In this document: positions 46,567 to 55,677 of the stretch, piece by piece
Position numbering within the stretch: position 1 is the stretch's first letter
Layout: each line of letters opens with the position of its first letter
Source of the DNA: an uncultured Anaerolineales bacterium
Lineage (GTDB): Bacteria > Chloroflexota > Anaerolineae > Anaerolineales > RBG-16-64-43
Reading direction: 5' to 3'
DNA length: 64,000 nucleotides
NCBI GenBank assembly: GCA_964353865.1
Contig: CAYGXJ010000002.1
Coordinates: 9,904-73,903 of the forward strand
Notes under the pieces: generated by a model
Database searches by the model: none
What the model was told of the DNA's origin: nothing
The model's input: only the letters and a program-made list of their open reading frames with translations
Translations under genes and position numbers: made by a program

Positions 46567-47742
46567 ATGAAGCGATGGACGATGGTTGCTGTGGCCGGCG
46601 CCCTGCTGGCGTTGGCCTGTTCCAGTTTGCCACAGTTGACTCTGCCCGATCTTGCCACCTTGACGGTCGTGACGCCGCAGCCGCAGGTTGAAACCACCTC
46701 GCGGCCGAACCTGCCGCCGCTGGCTCCGGCCGTTGGCCTGCCATCGGAATCGACCAGCAGCGTGTTGAGTGATCTCTATCAACAAGCGAATCCGGGTGTG
46801 GTCTCGCTGCGTGTGTTCACCGCGGAGGGCGGCGCGCTTGGATCTGGATTCGTGGTCGACAAGCAGGGACATATCGTCACCAATCTGCACGTGGTCGCGG
46901 GGGCCACCGGTTTGGAGGTGGACTTCCCCTCCGGGCAGATGGCGCACGGCAAGGTCATCGCTGAGGATCCAGATTCAGATCTGGCCGTGATCCAGGTGAC
47001 CGTGCCCGACGCGGAGCTCGTGCCGCTCCCGTTGGGTGATTCCTCGACCCTACGGGTGGGCACACCGGTGGTAGCGATCGGAAACCCGTTCGGCCTCTCG
47101 AGCACCATGACCCTGGGCATCGTCTCCGGGTTGGGGCGCACACTCGATTCAGAACGTGCCTCACCCGGCGGGGGCGTCTTCTCCGCGGCCGATCTCATCC
47201 AGACCGACGCCGCGGTCAACCCGGGCAACTCGGGCGGCCCGCTGCTCGATCTGCGAGGGTATGTGGTCGGAGTCAATCGTGCCATTCGCAGCACGTCGGT
47301 CACCACCTCGGGCGACGTCGTGAACTCGGGCGTGGGCTTTGCCATCTCGATCAACGTGGTGCGGCGCGTGCTGCCCTCGCTTATCGAAAAGGGCGCTTAC
47401 GACTACCCTTACATCGGCATCACCGGCATGAGCGAGTTACACCTGGCCGAACAAGAAGCGCTCGGTCTGGCACAGAGCACCGGGGTCTACGTGCAGGAGG
47501 TGACGGCCGGCAGCCCGGCCGAACGGGCCGGTCTGCGTGCCGGGTCGCGGCCGACCACCCTCCCCGGGTTGCAGGCGGGCGGCGACCTGATCATCGCCGT
47601 CAACGACATACCTTTGCGCAACTTCGCCGGTCTACTTTCTTACCTGGTTCTCAATGCCTCACCGGGCGATACGGTGAAGCTCACCCTGCTGCGGGATGGT
47701 CAACCGAAGGAGGTCAGCCTGACATTGGCCGCACGCCCCTAA
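46567..47742 (+). CDS. HtrA/DegP-family serine protease with PDZ domain
   Basis: ATG at 46567 inside ORF 45922..47742, with a signal peptide. The catalytic triad contexts are IVTNLHVV, DLAVIQV and GNSGGPLLD. A C-terminal PDZ domain follows. Confidence 0.9.
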   Translation: MKRWTMVAVAGALLALACSSLPQLTLPDLATLTVVTPQPQVETTSRPNLPPLAPAVGLPSESTSSVLSDLYQQANPGVVSLRVFTAEGGALGSGFVVDKQGHIVTNLHVVAGATGLEVDFPSGQMAHGKVIAEDPDSDLAVIQVTVPDAELVPLPLGDSSTLRVGTPVVAIGNPFGLSSTMTLGIVSGLGRTLDSERASPGGGVFSAADLIQTDAAVNPGNSGGPLLDLRGYVVGVNRAIRSTSVTTSGDVVNSGVGFAISINVVRRVLPSLIEKGAYDYPYIGITGMSELHLAEQEALGLAQSTGVYVQEVTAGSPAERAGLRAGSRPTTLPGLQAGGDLIIAVNDIPLRNFAGLLSYLVLNASPGDTVKLTLLRDGQPKEVSLTLAARP

Positions 47743-47792
47743 GGTTTGGCCGGCATGGGCGGCCGGCGCACACAACTCATGAGGAGGCTGCA

Positions 47793-48899
47793 ATGCTCGG
47801 AGAGCAGGATCTCAAGAGTCTCCTGAAGTTCGACGCGGGACACCCCGTGCTGAGCGTCTACCTGAATATCGAGCCGGCGGAGCGCGCTGGAGAATCCGTG
47901 CGCCGCCGGTTGCGTGCTTTGCTGCGGCCCTTACCGCATGAGGCGGTCGCCGACATCCGAAATGTCGAGAGGTTCTTCGAGCACGAGTACGATGGGAGTG
48001 GCCGCGGCGCGGTGGTCTTCTCGTGCGCTCCGGCCGCATTCTTCCAGGCCTTCCTCTTCCAACTGCCGCTGCGCAGCCGCGCCCGCTGGCTGCCTCAGCC
48101 GTATGTCAAGCCGCTGGCCCACCTCCTGGATGCCTACGGAGGCTATGGCTTGGCGCGGGTCGACAAGCAGGGCGTGCAACTGTATGCCTATCATCTCGGA
48201 GAGATGGTCGCCTCGCAGGAAGTGACGGGCCAGGCGGTGCGGCGCACCAAGAGCGGCGGGGCCTCAGCCCTGGCCGGACAGCGCGGGGGCGTGGCCGGAC
48301 AGTCGCACCACGAACAGGAAATCGAGCAGCGCAACTTGCGTGAGGCGGCCCAAGCCAGCGCGGCCTTCTTCCAGGGCCATCAGGTTCGGCGGATCCTGCT
48401 CGCCGGCACGGAGGAGACCCTGGCCCAGTTCCGGGCGGTGTTGCCCAAAACCTGGCATTCGCTGGTCGTCGGCAGCTTTTCGCCGGATCGCGATGCTGCA
48501 CCGGCCGATTTGTTGGCGCGCGCGGTCGAGGTCGGCCGCGTGGCGGAGGCCGCACGCGAGGCGGGTCTGGTAGATAGCGCAGTCACTGCGGCGGCGAAGG
48601 GCAAGGCCGGCGCTACTGGGCTAGAGAACACGCTGCGTGCGCTGCACGACGGCCGCGTACTAACGCTGATGATTAGCGAGGGCTATCGCGCTCCGGGATA
48701 TGTCTGCACGGGGTGCGGCCTGATGTCGGCGCAGGATCTTGCGGCGTGCCCCTACTGTGGAAGGAAAGCTGCGGCCATCGAAGATGCCGTGGAGCTAGCG
48801 GTGCAGAAGGCGATGCGCAGCACGGTGGAGGTCGAGGTCATCAGCGGCAGCCCGCGCCTCGAGCAGGCGGGCCGCATCGCTGCGATCCTCCGCTACTGA
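47793..48899 (+). CDS. Archaeo-eukaryotic eRF1-like (Vms1/ANKZF1-type, bacterial aeRF1 family) protein
   Basis: 368 aa. The N-terminus reads HPVLSVYLNIEP. The central Gly/Gln loop is RRTKSGGASALAGQRGGVAGQS, in the position of the eRF1 GGQ loop. The C-terminal eRF1-domain-3-like region carries a CxxC...CxxC zinc ribbon (CTGCG...CPYCG). Assignment is by motif resemblance only. Confidence 0.6.
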   Translation: MLGEQDLKSLLKFDAGHPVLSVYLNIEPAERAGESVRRRLRALLRPLPHEAVADIRNVERFFEHEYDGSGRGAVVFSCAPAAFFQAFLFQLPLRSRARWLPQPYVKPLAHLLDAYGGYGLARVDKQGVQLYAYHLGEMVASQEVTGQAVRRTKSGGASALAGQRGGVAGQSHHEQEIEQRNLREAAQASAAFFQGHQVRRILLAGTEETLAQFRAVLPKTWHSLVVGSFSPDRDAAPADLLARAVEVGRVAEAAREAGLVDSAVTAAAKGKAGATGLENTLRALHDGRVLTLMISEGYRAPGYVCTGCGLMSAQDLAACPYCGRKAAAIEDAVELAVQKAMRSTVEVEVISGSPRLEQAGRIAAILRY

Positions 48900-48958
48900 G
48901 GACACCGGCCGGGCCGGCGGCCGTTGGATATAATCATCGGTCTCGAGGCGAGACACAT

Positions 48959-50113
48959 ATGCGGGTGATGGGGCTCACATTGACCGTCATAGCCTTGGCC
49001 CTGCTCGCGCCGCAGGTGACGCGGGCCGAGGCGCTTCCGCCTGCCTCCGACTCGGGCGAGGTGTGCACGGTAGGTTATCAGATGTATCGCCCGGCCGACT
49101 GTCCGGCCAACGGGCCGGGCTCGCGCGCCGTGCACTACTGGGAGATGGGCCTGCTTCCGGCCCGGCCGCTGCCCGCCGCCTCGCCAGACCCGGCGCTGGC
49201 CGCGCCGGACTTCGGTTTTGCCCGCGTCTCCAAGGACAGCGAGCTCCATCTTTACCCCAGCGTGGCAGATGCCGCCAGTGATAACCGGGCGGTCGTCAAG
49301 TTCCCCGGATTCGTCTTTATCAGCTATCAGGACGTGGTCGAGCGCGAGGGCGAACGCTTCTACATTACCGGCGGCTCGGAGATCGTGCGCCGCGACGACG
49401 CCGCACCCATCAGCGTTCATCGCTACCAGGGTTTGCTCTTCGATGCCACGCCTCTCCGGCCTTTTGGCTGGATTGTCGAGAGCGCCAACCCGCGCAGCGC
49501 GCCGGGGTCGAAGGGCGTGGAATTGCGCACATGGCTGCCGCGCTACACCGTGATCCAGGTCTACGACACGCGCCAGGTCGACGGCCTGAACTGGTACATG
49601 ATCGGAGTGGAGCAATGGGTGGATCAGAGAAAGGTCGGCCTGGTCGAGCCCAGCGCCGTCCCGCCTGCCGAGGTGCCCATCGGCATGCGCTGGATCACGA
49701 TCAACCTGTTCGAACAGACATTGGCCGCCTATGATAGCGGACGGCTTGTGTTTGCGACGCTGGTGGCCAGCGGCATACCCCCGTGGCATACCCGCCCGGG
49801 CACCTTCCAGGTCTTCAAGAAGGTCGATCGCCAGCCAATGAGCGGCTCGTTTGCCGCCGATCGCTCGGACTACTACTACCTGCAAGATGTGCCCTGGGTG
49901 CTGTACTTCGACCGGGCGCGCGCGCTCCACGGCACCTACTGGCACGATGGCTTCGGCTATAAGCGTTCGCACGGCTGCGTCAACATGTCGATCGGCGACG
50001 CACGCTGGATCTACGAGTGGGCCGACCTGGGCACGTGGGTCTACGTCACCGACCCCTCCGGGCAGACCCCCAGCGACGCGGCGACGTATGCCAACGATGC
50101 TGGCGGCCCGTGA
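48959..50113 (+). CDS. L,D-transpeptidase (YkuD domain), secreted
   Basis: ATG at 48959 with a signal peptide. The YkuD core is ITINLFEQTLAAY...HGTYWHDGFGYKRSHGCVNM. Confidence 0.85.
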   Translation: MRVMGLTLTVIALALLAPQVTRAEALPPASDSGEVCTVGYQMYRPADCPANGPGSRAVHYWEMGLLPARPLPAASPDPALAAPDFGFARVSKDSELHLYPSVADAASDNRAVVKFPGFVFISYQDVVEREGERFYITGGSEIVRRDDAAPISVHRYQGLLFDATPLRPFGWIVESANPRSAPGSKGVELRTWLPRYTVIQVYDTRQVDGLNWYMIGVEQWVDQRKVGLVEPSAVPPAEVPIGMRWITINLFEQTLAAYDSGRLVFATLVASGIPPWHTRPGTFQVFKKVDRQPMSGSFAADRSDYYYLQDVPWVLYFDRARALHGTYWHDGFGYKRSHGCVNMSIGDARWIYEWADLGTWVYVTDPSGQTPSDAATYANDAGGP

Positions 50114-50250
50114 GGCCTGCCGCCTCTAGCAATCGCCCAACGGGGGATTGTGGGCGCCCCACCGGTATGTTGAAATCATCATCAAGGGATGGCACCCGCC
50201 CTCCGTAAGGCCGCGTCGCCTCACGAGCGCCGTTCAACTTAGGGGGACTC

Positions 50251-50637
50251 ATGCCTGGACTCAACCGAATCCAACTCATTGGCCGTCTGGGCCGGGACCC
50301 GGAATCCCGGACCACGACAGGCAACCGCCGCGGGGCAACCTTGTCGCTAGCGGTCGACCACCGCTGGAAGACGGACGGCGGCGAGTCGAAGGAAGCGAGC
50401 GACTGGTTCACGGTCGATGCCCGGGGCCGTCTGGGTGAAATATGCCAGAAATACCCGGCCCAAGGGCGTCTGATCTTCGTTGATGGGAGAGTGCAGGCCG
50501 ACCGCTGGCAGGACGACAAGGGCGAGACGCACTACCGCACGAAGGTCGCGGCCGCCAATATGCAGATTCTCGACCGCAAGCCCGGTGAGCCGGAAGGCGC
50601 GGAAGCCGATGAGGAAACCGTCGCCGCGACCGCCTGA
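50251..50637 (+). CDS. ssb: Single-stranded DNA-binding protein (non-canonical C-terminus)
   Basis: 128 aa with OB-fold pattern LNRIQLIGRLGRDPE...DWFTVDARGRLGE...GRLIFVDGRVQADRW. The acidic tail ends EETVAATA rather than D-(I/L)-P-F. Confidence 0.82.
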   Translation: MPGLNRIQLIGRLGRDPESRTTTGNRRGATLSLAVDHRWKTDGGESKEASDWFTVDARGRLGEICQKYPAQGRLIFVDGRVQADRWQDDKGETHYRTKVAAANMQILDRKPGEPEGAEADEETVAATA

Positions 50638-50668
50638 GCTCACACAACATTGGCCATCCACCCAGGGC

Positions 50669-50698
50669 AGGGCTGACCCGTAGGGGGCAGCCCTTTCT
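50669..50698 (+). terminator. Candidate terminator after ssb
   Basis: AGGGCTG...CAGCCCT stem with additional inner CCC/GGG pairs, followed by TTTCT. Confidence 0.4.
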
Positions 50699-50852
50699 CC
50701 TAAGCAGGCGTGAAAGCGCGCGCCTCTGGGGCGTGCGGTTCCGCTGTCACGACCAGCGGCACTGGCCGGAGAGAAATGCGGTTTCATCGTCGACTTGCTG
50801 CGCGGGAGCTCCCACGGCTGGCGATGCGACTCTCCCTTCCGCGGCATTGTGT

Positions 50853-50899
50853 GTGGATGCCGTGGACTCGCGGTCGACTGCAATGCATGCTATGCCCTC
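50853..50899 (+). repeat. GCGTAAGGCATGC-core repeat, copy C (diverged 5' part)
   Basis: gtggatgccgtggactcg...ctgcaatgcatgctatgccctc. The 15-nt stretch gcatgctatgccctc is identical to copies A and B. Confidence 0.65.
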
Positions 50900-51126
50900 G
50901 ACGGTCCTCAGCTCTTGATCTGCTGAGCGTGTCACAATCGGAAGGGCGACACCGCGCGAACGTCCATCTACGCCAAACACTCACGCCACAGGTGGTGCCA
51001 ACCAGCGCCGAGACCCCCACCTGTCTCGAGGGAAGAGGGCGAGCGCGGATACTCAGTCTTGCCTCGGTAAGGCGAAAGCAATACGGGTCACCTTGTCAAA
51101 GCCCGGATTTCGGGTACCATACGGGC

Positions 51127-51903
51127 ATGCAATCCCCGAATGCTGCTGCGAACGGGACGGGACCTCGCGCCCCGGCCGCGAGTCGTTATGTGGCCTGGAC
51201 GATGGGATTGGCGCTCGTGCTGGCCACGGGTTTTGTCACGTTCGCGCCCTCCACCTTGTCGCCCGAAGTGTTGCGGGCCTCGCTGGCCCGGCTGGTGCGC
51301 CCGACCAGCGCCCCTGGCGCGGCCAGGGCGGGCCTTTCACTCAACCGCCACATCGGCCTGGTGGCTGGCCACTTCGGAAACGACTCGGGCGCGGTGTGCG
51401 CCGACGGCCTGACCGAAGCGGCGGTCAACAAAGACATCGCCGATCGAGTGCTCACGATTCTCCAGCGGCAGGGTTATCAAGTGGACCTGCTGCAGGAGTT
51501 CGACGAGAAGCTCAAGGACTATCGGGCGCTTGCGCTCGTCTCAATCCACGCTGACTCGTGTGAGTTCATCAACGATCAGGCCACCGGGTTTAAGGTTGCG
51601 GCCTCATCTGCCGGGACCGCACCGGAGGATTCGCAGCACTTGCTCACCTGCCTGGTCTCGCGCTACGCGGCGCGCACCGACCTGCCTTTTCATGCGGGCA
51701 GCATCACCCGCGACATGAACTCGTATCACAGCTTCAGCGAAATCGATAGAAACACCCCGGCCGCGATTGTCGAAACCGGATTCCTGTATCTCGACAGGAG
51801 CTTCCTCACCCAGCATGCCGACCAGGTGAGCTTGGGCATTGCCGAGGGTGTGCTGTGCTTTGTGCGTAACGAACCTTTGCAGGCCGAGCCGGTGACGCCG
51901 TGA
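51127..51903 (+). CDS. N-acetylmuramoyl-L-alanine amidase (Amidase_3)
   Basis: ATG at 51127 inside ORF 50710..51903, with an N-terminal TM anchor. Motifs: IGLVAGHFGNDSGA, ALVSIHADS and VETGFL. Confidence 0.85.
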   Translation: MQSPNAAANGTGPRAPAASRYVAWTMGLALVLATGFVTFAPSTLSPEVLRASLARLVRPTSAPGAARAGLSLNRHIGLVAGHFGNDSGAVCADGLTEAAVNKDIADRVLTILQRQGYQVDLLQEFDEKLKDYRALALVSIHADSCEFINDQATGFKVAASSAGTAPEDSQHLLTCLVSRYAARTDLPFHAGSITRDMNSYHSFSEIDRNTPAAIVETGFLYLDRSFLTQHADQVSLGIAEGVLCFVRNEPLQAEPVTP

Positions 51904-52955
51904 GCCTTCCTTCGGCGAACTTGAAGGACGCCGTGTCGTTGGCGGCCGAGGCGCGCGCAGCTTTGGCGCACAGTGATCGCTCGGCAGCCCGCCGCCTGGC
52001 GTTTGCCGCGCTGCGCAGCGATCCGGCCTGTGAACTGGCCTGGATGGTCCTGGCCGCGCTGGCATCTCCCGCACAGCGCACGGCCTACCTCAAGCACGCG
52101 CTAGCCCTTAATCCGCACAGCCAGGCGATTCAATCCGCGCTGACGTCTCTGGCGTCGCTCCCGCCGTCACCACCTAAGATGAGGGAGGAGAGCACGGCCG
52201 GCGCGCCGCCCGCCTCCGCCACGCAGCCGCTGCGTGTTGCGCCGCAAACTGTGCCCGATCGTCGCATGGCCTCGACGACGGAGACTCGCCCGAGCAAACC
52301 CCGCCGCCGCATCGGCTGGGGTTGGGCCGCCACGGGCGTGCTGCTCTCGTGCATGTTGGTGGCCACGGCCACCGCCTTTGCTCGTGCGGCCAGCGCCGCC
52401 CAGAACCCGATGGTCTTCGGCGAGATCGAGAAAGACCGCGGCACGGCCACGCCCACGTTTACCGCCACCTTCACACCAACAGTCACGCCCTCATTTACCC
52501 CGTCACCCACACCGACCTTCACGCCCTCGCCCACGTCGACCCCGCGGCCCACCTCCACGCCTCTGCCGCCGATCAACTACGATCTGCCGCCCTCTACCGG
52601 CGGCGTGCGCTGGATCGACGTCGATCTGTCATCGCAGCGCGTGTTCGCCTTCGAGGGCGATACGATCGTGCGGACGTTCGTCGTCTCGACCGGCACGTCC
52701 GCGCATCCGACCGTGGTCGGACGCTTCCGCATATACGTCAAGTACCGCTACGACGACATGGCCGGGCCGGGGTACTACCTGCCGAATGTGCCCTACACGA
52801 TGTACTTCTATCAGGGCTATTCGCTGCACGGCACCTACTGGCACAACAACTTCGGCCACCCGATGAGCCATGGCTGCGTCAACATGCGTACCTCCGACGC
52901 CGGCTGGCTCTTCGATTTTGCCTCAGTGGGCACGCTGGTCAACGTCCACCCCTAG
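51900..52955 (+). CDS. L,D-transpeptidase (YkuD) with TPR-like N-terminus, TM segment and Thr/Pro-rich linker
   Basis: The GTG start overlaps the amidase stop. The linker is TPTFTATFTPTVTPSFTPSPTPTFTPSPTSTPRPTSTP. The YkuD core is HGTYWHNNFGHPMSHGCVNM. Confidence 0.85.
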   Translation: MSLPSANLKDAVSLAAEARAALAHSDRSAARRLAFAALRSDPACELAWMVLAALASPAQRTAYLKHALALNPHSQAIQSALTSLASLPPSPPKMREESTAGAPPASATQPLRVAPQTVPDRRMASTTETRPSKPRRRIGWGWAATGVLLSCMLVATATAFARAASAAQNPMVFGEIEKDRGTATPTFTATFTPTVTPSFTPSPTPTFTPSPTSTPRPTSTPLPPINYDLPPSTGGVRWIDVDLSSQRVFAFEGDTIVRTFVVSTGTSAHPTVVGRFRIYVKYRYDDMAGPGYYLPNVPYTMYFYQGYSLHGTYWHNNFGHPMSHGCVNMRTSDAGWLFDFASVGTLVNVHP

Positions 52956-52966
52956 GGCCTCCGGAA

Positions 52967-54037
52967 ATGGCCGACGAAACCTCCATGGCGCTCGACGCGC
53001 TATTAGCCTCGGCAACGCAGGTCGCCTCCACTCTCTCGCGGCGCGGGTTCCTCCATCTGGCCAGCCTCGGCCTGCTTACCGCGGCCGCACCCGTGGGCAG
53101 GCTGCGGGCCGCCCCGGCCGAGGCATGGCAGGCGCGCGTGGCCTACTCCTACGGGGTCAAGGTGAGGCGCGAGCCGCATCTCAAGGGCGAAGAACTGGCG
53201 ACCCTCGGCCACGATGTCCTGCGCAACGTGCACGAGGTGGTTGTCTCCGAAGAGCCGGCCCACAACCGCATCTGGTACCGCGTGGGCGAGGCGGAATACA
53301 TTCACTCGGGCGGGTTGCAGCCAGTGGCCACACGCTTTCAGATGCCGCTCCTTTCGCTCCCGCCCAACGGAGCACTCGTGGATGTGTCGGTGCCCTTCAC
53401 CGATATGCGCGCCCGCCCCGGGTTTGGTGCAGCGCGCACCTATCGCTACTACTATAGCTGCACCTTCTGGATCGGCGAGATTACCGAGGCCGAGGACGGC
53501 AAGGTCTGGTACCGCATCGACGACGATCGGACACACCTCAGCCACTGGGGGCTGGCGGAGCACTTCCGACCCATTCCTGAGCACGAGATGGCACCGATTG
53601 CCCCTGAGCTGGAGCCGGAGCGAAAGCGCCTGGAGGTCGACCTGGCTCGCCAATGGGTGGTGGCTTACCAGGACGACACGCCGGTTTTTATGAGCCGCGC
53701 CTCCACGGGCCTCGCCATGGGCAACGGGGAATCGATGACGCCCCGCGGGCGTCACAAGGTCTACTACAAGCGTCCCTCCCGACATATGGCCGCCGGCGAC
53801 TCGGCCAGCGACGGCTACGATCTACCCGGCGTGCCGTGGTGCTCGTACTTCACCACGACCGGCGTGGCCTTTCACGGCACCTACTGGCATAACGACTTTG
53901 GACGCCCACGCTCGCACGGCTGTATCAATCTGCCCTCCGAAGCGGCGCGCTGGATTTATCGTTGGACGATGCCGGGGGTGCCTTCCGGCGCACATATCGT
54001 CCAAGGCACCCCGGGCACGCGCGTCGTCGTTAGCTGA
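52967..54037 (+). CDS. L,D-transpeptidase (YkuD) with twin-arginine signal
   Basis: ATG at 52967 inside ORF 52322..54037. The Tat motif is SRRGFLHLA. The YkuD core is HGTYWHNDFGRPRSHGCINL. Confidence 0.85.
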   Translation: MADETSMALDALLASATQVASTLSRRGFLHLASLGLLTAAAPVGRLRAAPAEAWQARVAYSYGVKVRREPHLKGEELATLGHDVLRNVHEVVVSEEPAHNRIWYRVGEAEYIHSGGLQPVATRFQMPLLSLPPNGALVDVSVPFTDMRARPGFGAARTYRYYYSCTFWIGEITEAEDGKVWYRIDDDRTHLSHWGLAEHFRPIPEHEMAPIAPELEPERKRLEVDLARQWVVAYQDDTPVFMSRASTGLAMGNGESMTPRGRHKVYYKRPSRHMAAGDSASDGYDLPGVPWCSYFTTTGVAFHGTYWHNDFGRPRSHGCINLPSEAARWIYRWTMPGVPSGAHIVQGTPGTRVVVS

Positions 54038-54240
54038 CAGGCAGCGCATCCATACCTCCCCCCTCACGGCAGGCCCGCCGAATGACCGCGGTCGCCTCGG
54101 CCTGCGCCCAAGGTTTTGCCATCCCTGGACACCCATGAGCGGGGTGCGTATACTCGGGGCCAATCGAGAACGCAGCGTGCGCGGGCCGCGTTGGAACAGA
54201 CATCGGCCAGCGTGGAGTGCCCGCATCGGCAAGGTGAAAT

Positions 54241-54660
54241 GTGGCCAAGCCGCTCTTTGAAGGATTGGTGTTCTCCGAGGCCGGCGAAGCGCTTACGGTC
54301 GTCGAGGTTGGAGCGGAGTGGTTCTACCGCCTCAATGATCAGGGGTTTCTTCGCCATATCCCTGCGCGTCACGTGGACGAGTCGGTGCTGCGGACGATCT
54401 GGGGCATGATGCGCGGCCACGAAAAGGAAATCGCCGACCAGGCCATGAAGCTGCTCGGGCAGGCGGACGTGTTCTCGGCCGCGGTAATGAAGAGCCGCCT
54501 TGAACACCCGGAGGCCCATCTGGCAGAGGTCCTGGAACATGGCCTGCCCGAAGAAACGCGCTTGTGGATGGGCATGATGGGTTTTCGGGTGATTGTCGAC
54601 TTCCACGGCGAGGTGGTGCGGGTCGAACAGCCTTCAGCACCGGCTGAGGGCGATGGGTAG
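54241..54660 (+). CDS. Hypothetical protein (139 aa)
   Basis: GTG start with coding-like third-position GC. I recognised no family. Confidence 0.45.
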   Translation: MAKPLFEGLVFSEAGEALTVVEVGAEWFYRLNDQGFLRHIPARHVDESVLRTIWGMMRGHEKEIADQAMKLLGQADVFSAAVMKSRLEHPEAHLAEVLEHGLPEETRLWMGMMGFRVIVDFHGEVVRVEQPSAPAEGDG

Positions 54661-54705
54661 CCGACTGCGCGCAGGATTGGCCCTGAGCCACGTTTCGGAA
54701 CGAAT

Positions 54706-55545
54706 ATGCGAGGACAGATGGACTCAAGCATAATCGACGTGAGCGAGGCGACCTTCGAATACGAGGTGATTGCTCACTCTAACCAGGTTCCGGTGGTCGT
54801 AGATTTTTGGGCGCCTTGGTGCGGCCCGTGCCGCACGCTCGGGCCGATGCTGGAGAGGCTGGCGCGCGAGGCCAACGGGGCCTTCCGCCTGGCCAAGGTC
54901 AACGTGGATGAGAACCCGCGTTTGGCAACGCGTTTCGGCGTGCAGGGCATCCCGGCGGTCAAGGCCTTCAAGGGCGGGCAGGAGGTTGCCCAATTCGTCG
55001 GCGCTCAGCCGGAGAGCATGGTGCAGCGCTTCGTCCGCGAGCTGGCACCGCGCGTCGCCGATCGCGCGCTGGTCGAGGCCCGCGGCTTTCTCGTTGCGCG
55101 CCACTGGCCCGAGGCGGAAGAAGCTGCACGGCGCGCGCTGACCGACGACCCGGCCTCGAGCGCGGCCGCTTTGTGCCTGGTCAAGGCGCTGCTCACCCAG
55201 GGCAAGGGTGCCCACGCCCTGCAGGTGATGGACGCCTTTCCCGGCGGCAACGAGGTGGTTGCCGTCGAGCGGCTGCGGCCGCTGGCCCAACTCATGCTGC
55301 GCGCCGCGGAGGCCTCGCCCGCAAACGGTGACCCGGCGAAAGCCGAGTACCTGCAATGCGCGCGGCTCATTGCGCGCGGAAATTTCGCGGCCGCGCTCGA
55401 CGGCTTGCTGGATGTCCTGCGCCGCGACAAGCACTTTGCACAGGATGAGGCACGCCAGGTGTTCCTGGCTGTGCTTGAACTCATGGGCGAGGAAGATCCC
55501 CTGACCCGCGCCTACCGCGATGAATTGGCCTCGGTTCTCTTCTAG
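54706..55545 (+). CDS. Thioredoxin-domain protein with TPR-like C-terminus (YbbN/CnoX-like)
   Basis: 279 aa. The active site reads VVVDFWAPWCGPCRTLGP. A helical C-terminal domain follows. Confidence 0.88.
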   Translation: MRGQMDSSIIDVSEATFEYEVIAHSNQVPVVVDFWAPWCGPCRTLGPMLERLAREANGAFRLAKVNVDENPRLATRFGVQGIPAVKAFKGGQEVAQFVGAQPESMVQRFVRELAPRVADRALVEARGFLVARHWPEAEEAARRALTDDPASSAAALCLVKALLTQGKGAHALQVMDAFPGGNEVVAVERLRPLAQLMLRAAEASPANGDPAKAEYLQCARLIARGNFAAALDGLLDVLRRDKHFAQDEARQVFLAVLELMGEEDPLTRAYRDELASVLF

Positions 55546-55575
55546 AGAATCCCGCTGCGCATAGTGAAACAACAA

Positions 55576-55606
55576 GCCGCCGGCGAACTCCGCGTTCGCC
55601 GGCGGC
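55576..55606. terminator. Bidirectional terminator-like hairpin between convergent genes
   Basis: GCCGCCGGCGAAC-tccgc-GTTCGCCGGCGGC forms a perfect 13-bp stem, followed by CTTATTCACTT. Confidence 0.62.
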
Positions 55607-55677
55607 CTTATTCACTTCGTGTGCGCGCACCGTGCCTGGTTGAGGGTCAGATCATCCGCGGCGGATGACGGCTTGGA

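Noticed and set aside
52440-52570. Tandem DNA repeat or contingency locus in the Thr/Pro-rich linker of the second L,D-transpeptidase.
   Set aside because: The repetition is at the amino-acid level (T-P-x-F/T-P-S-P), with varied codons and no exact nucleotide unit. It looks like an ordinary low-complexity linker.
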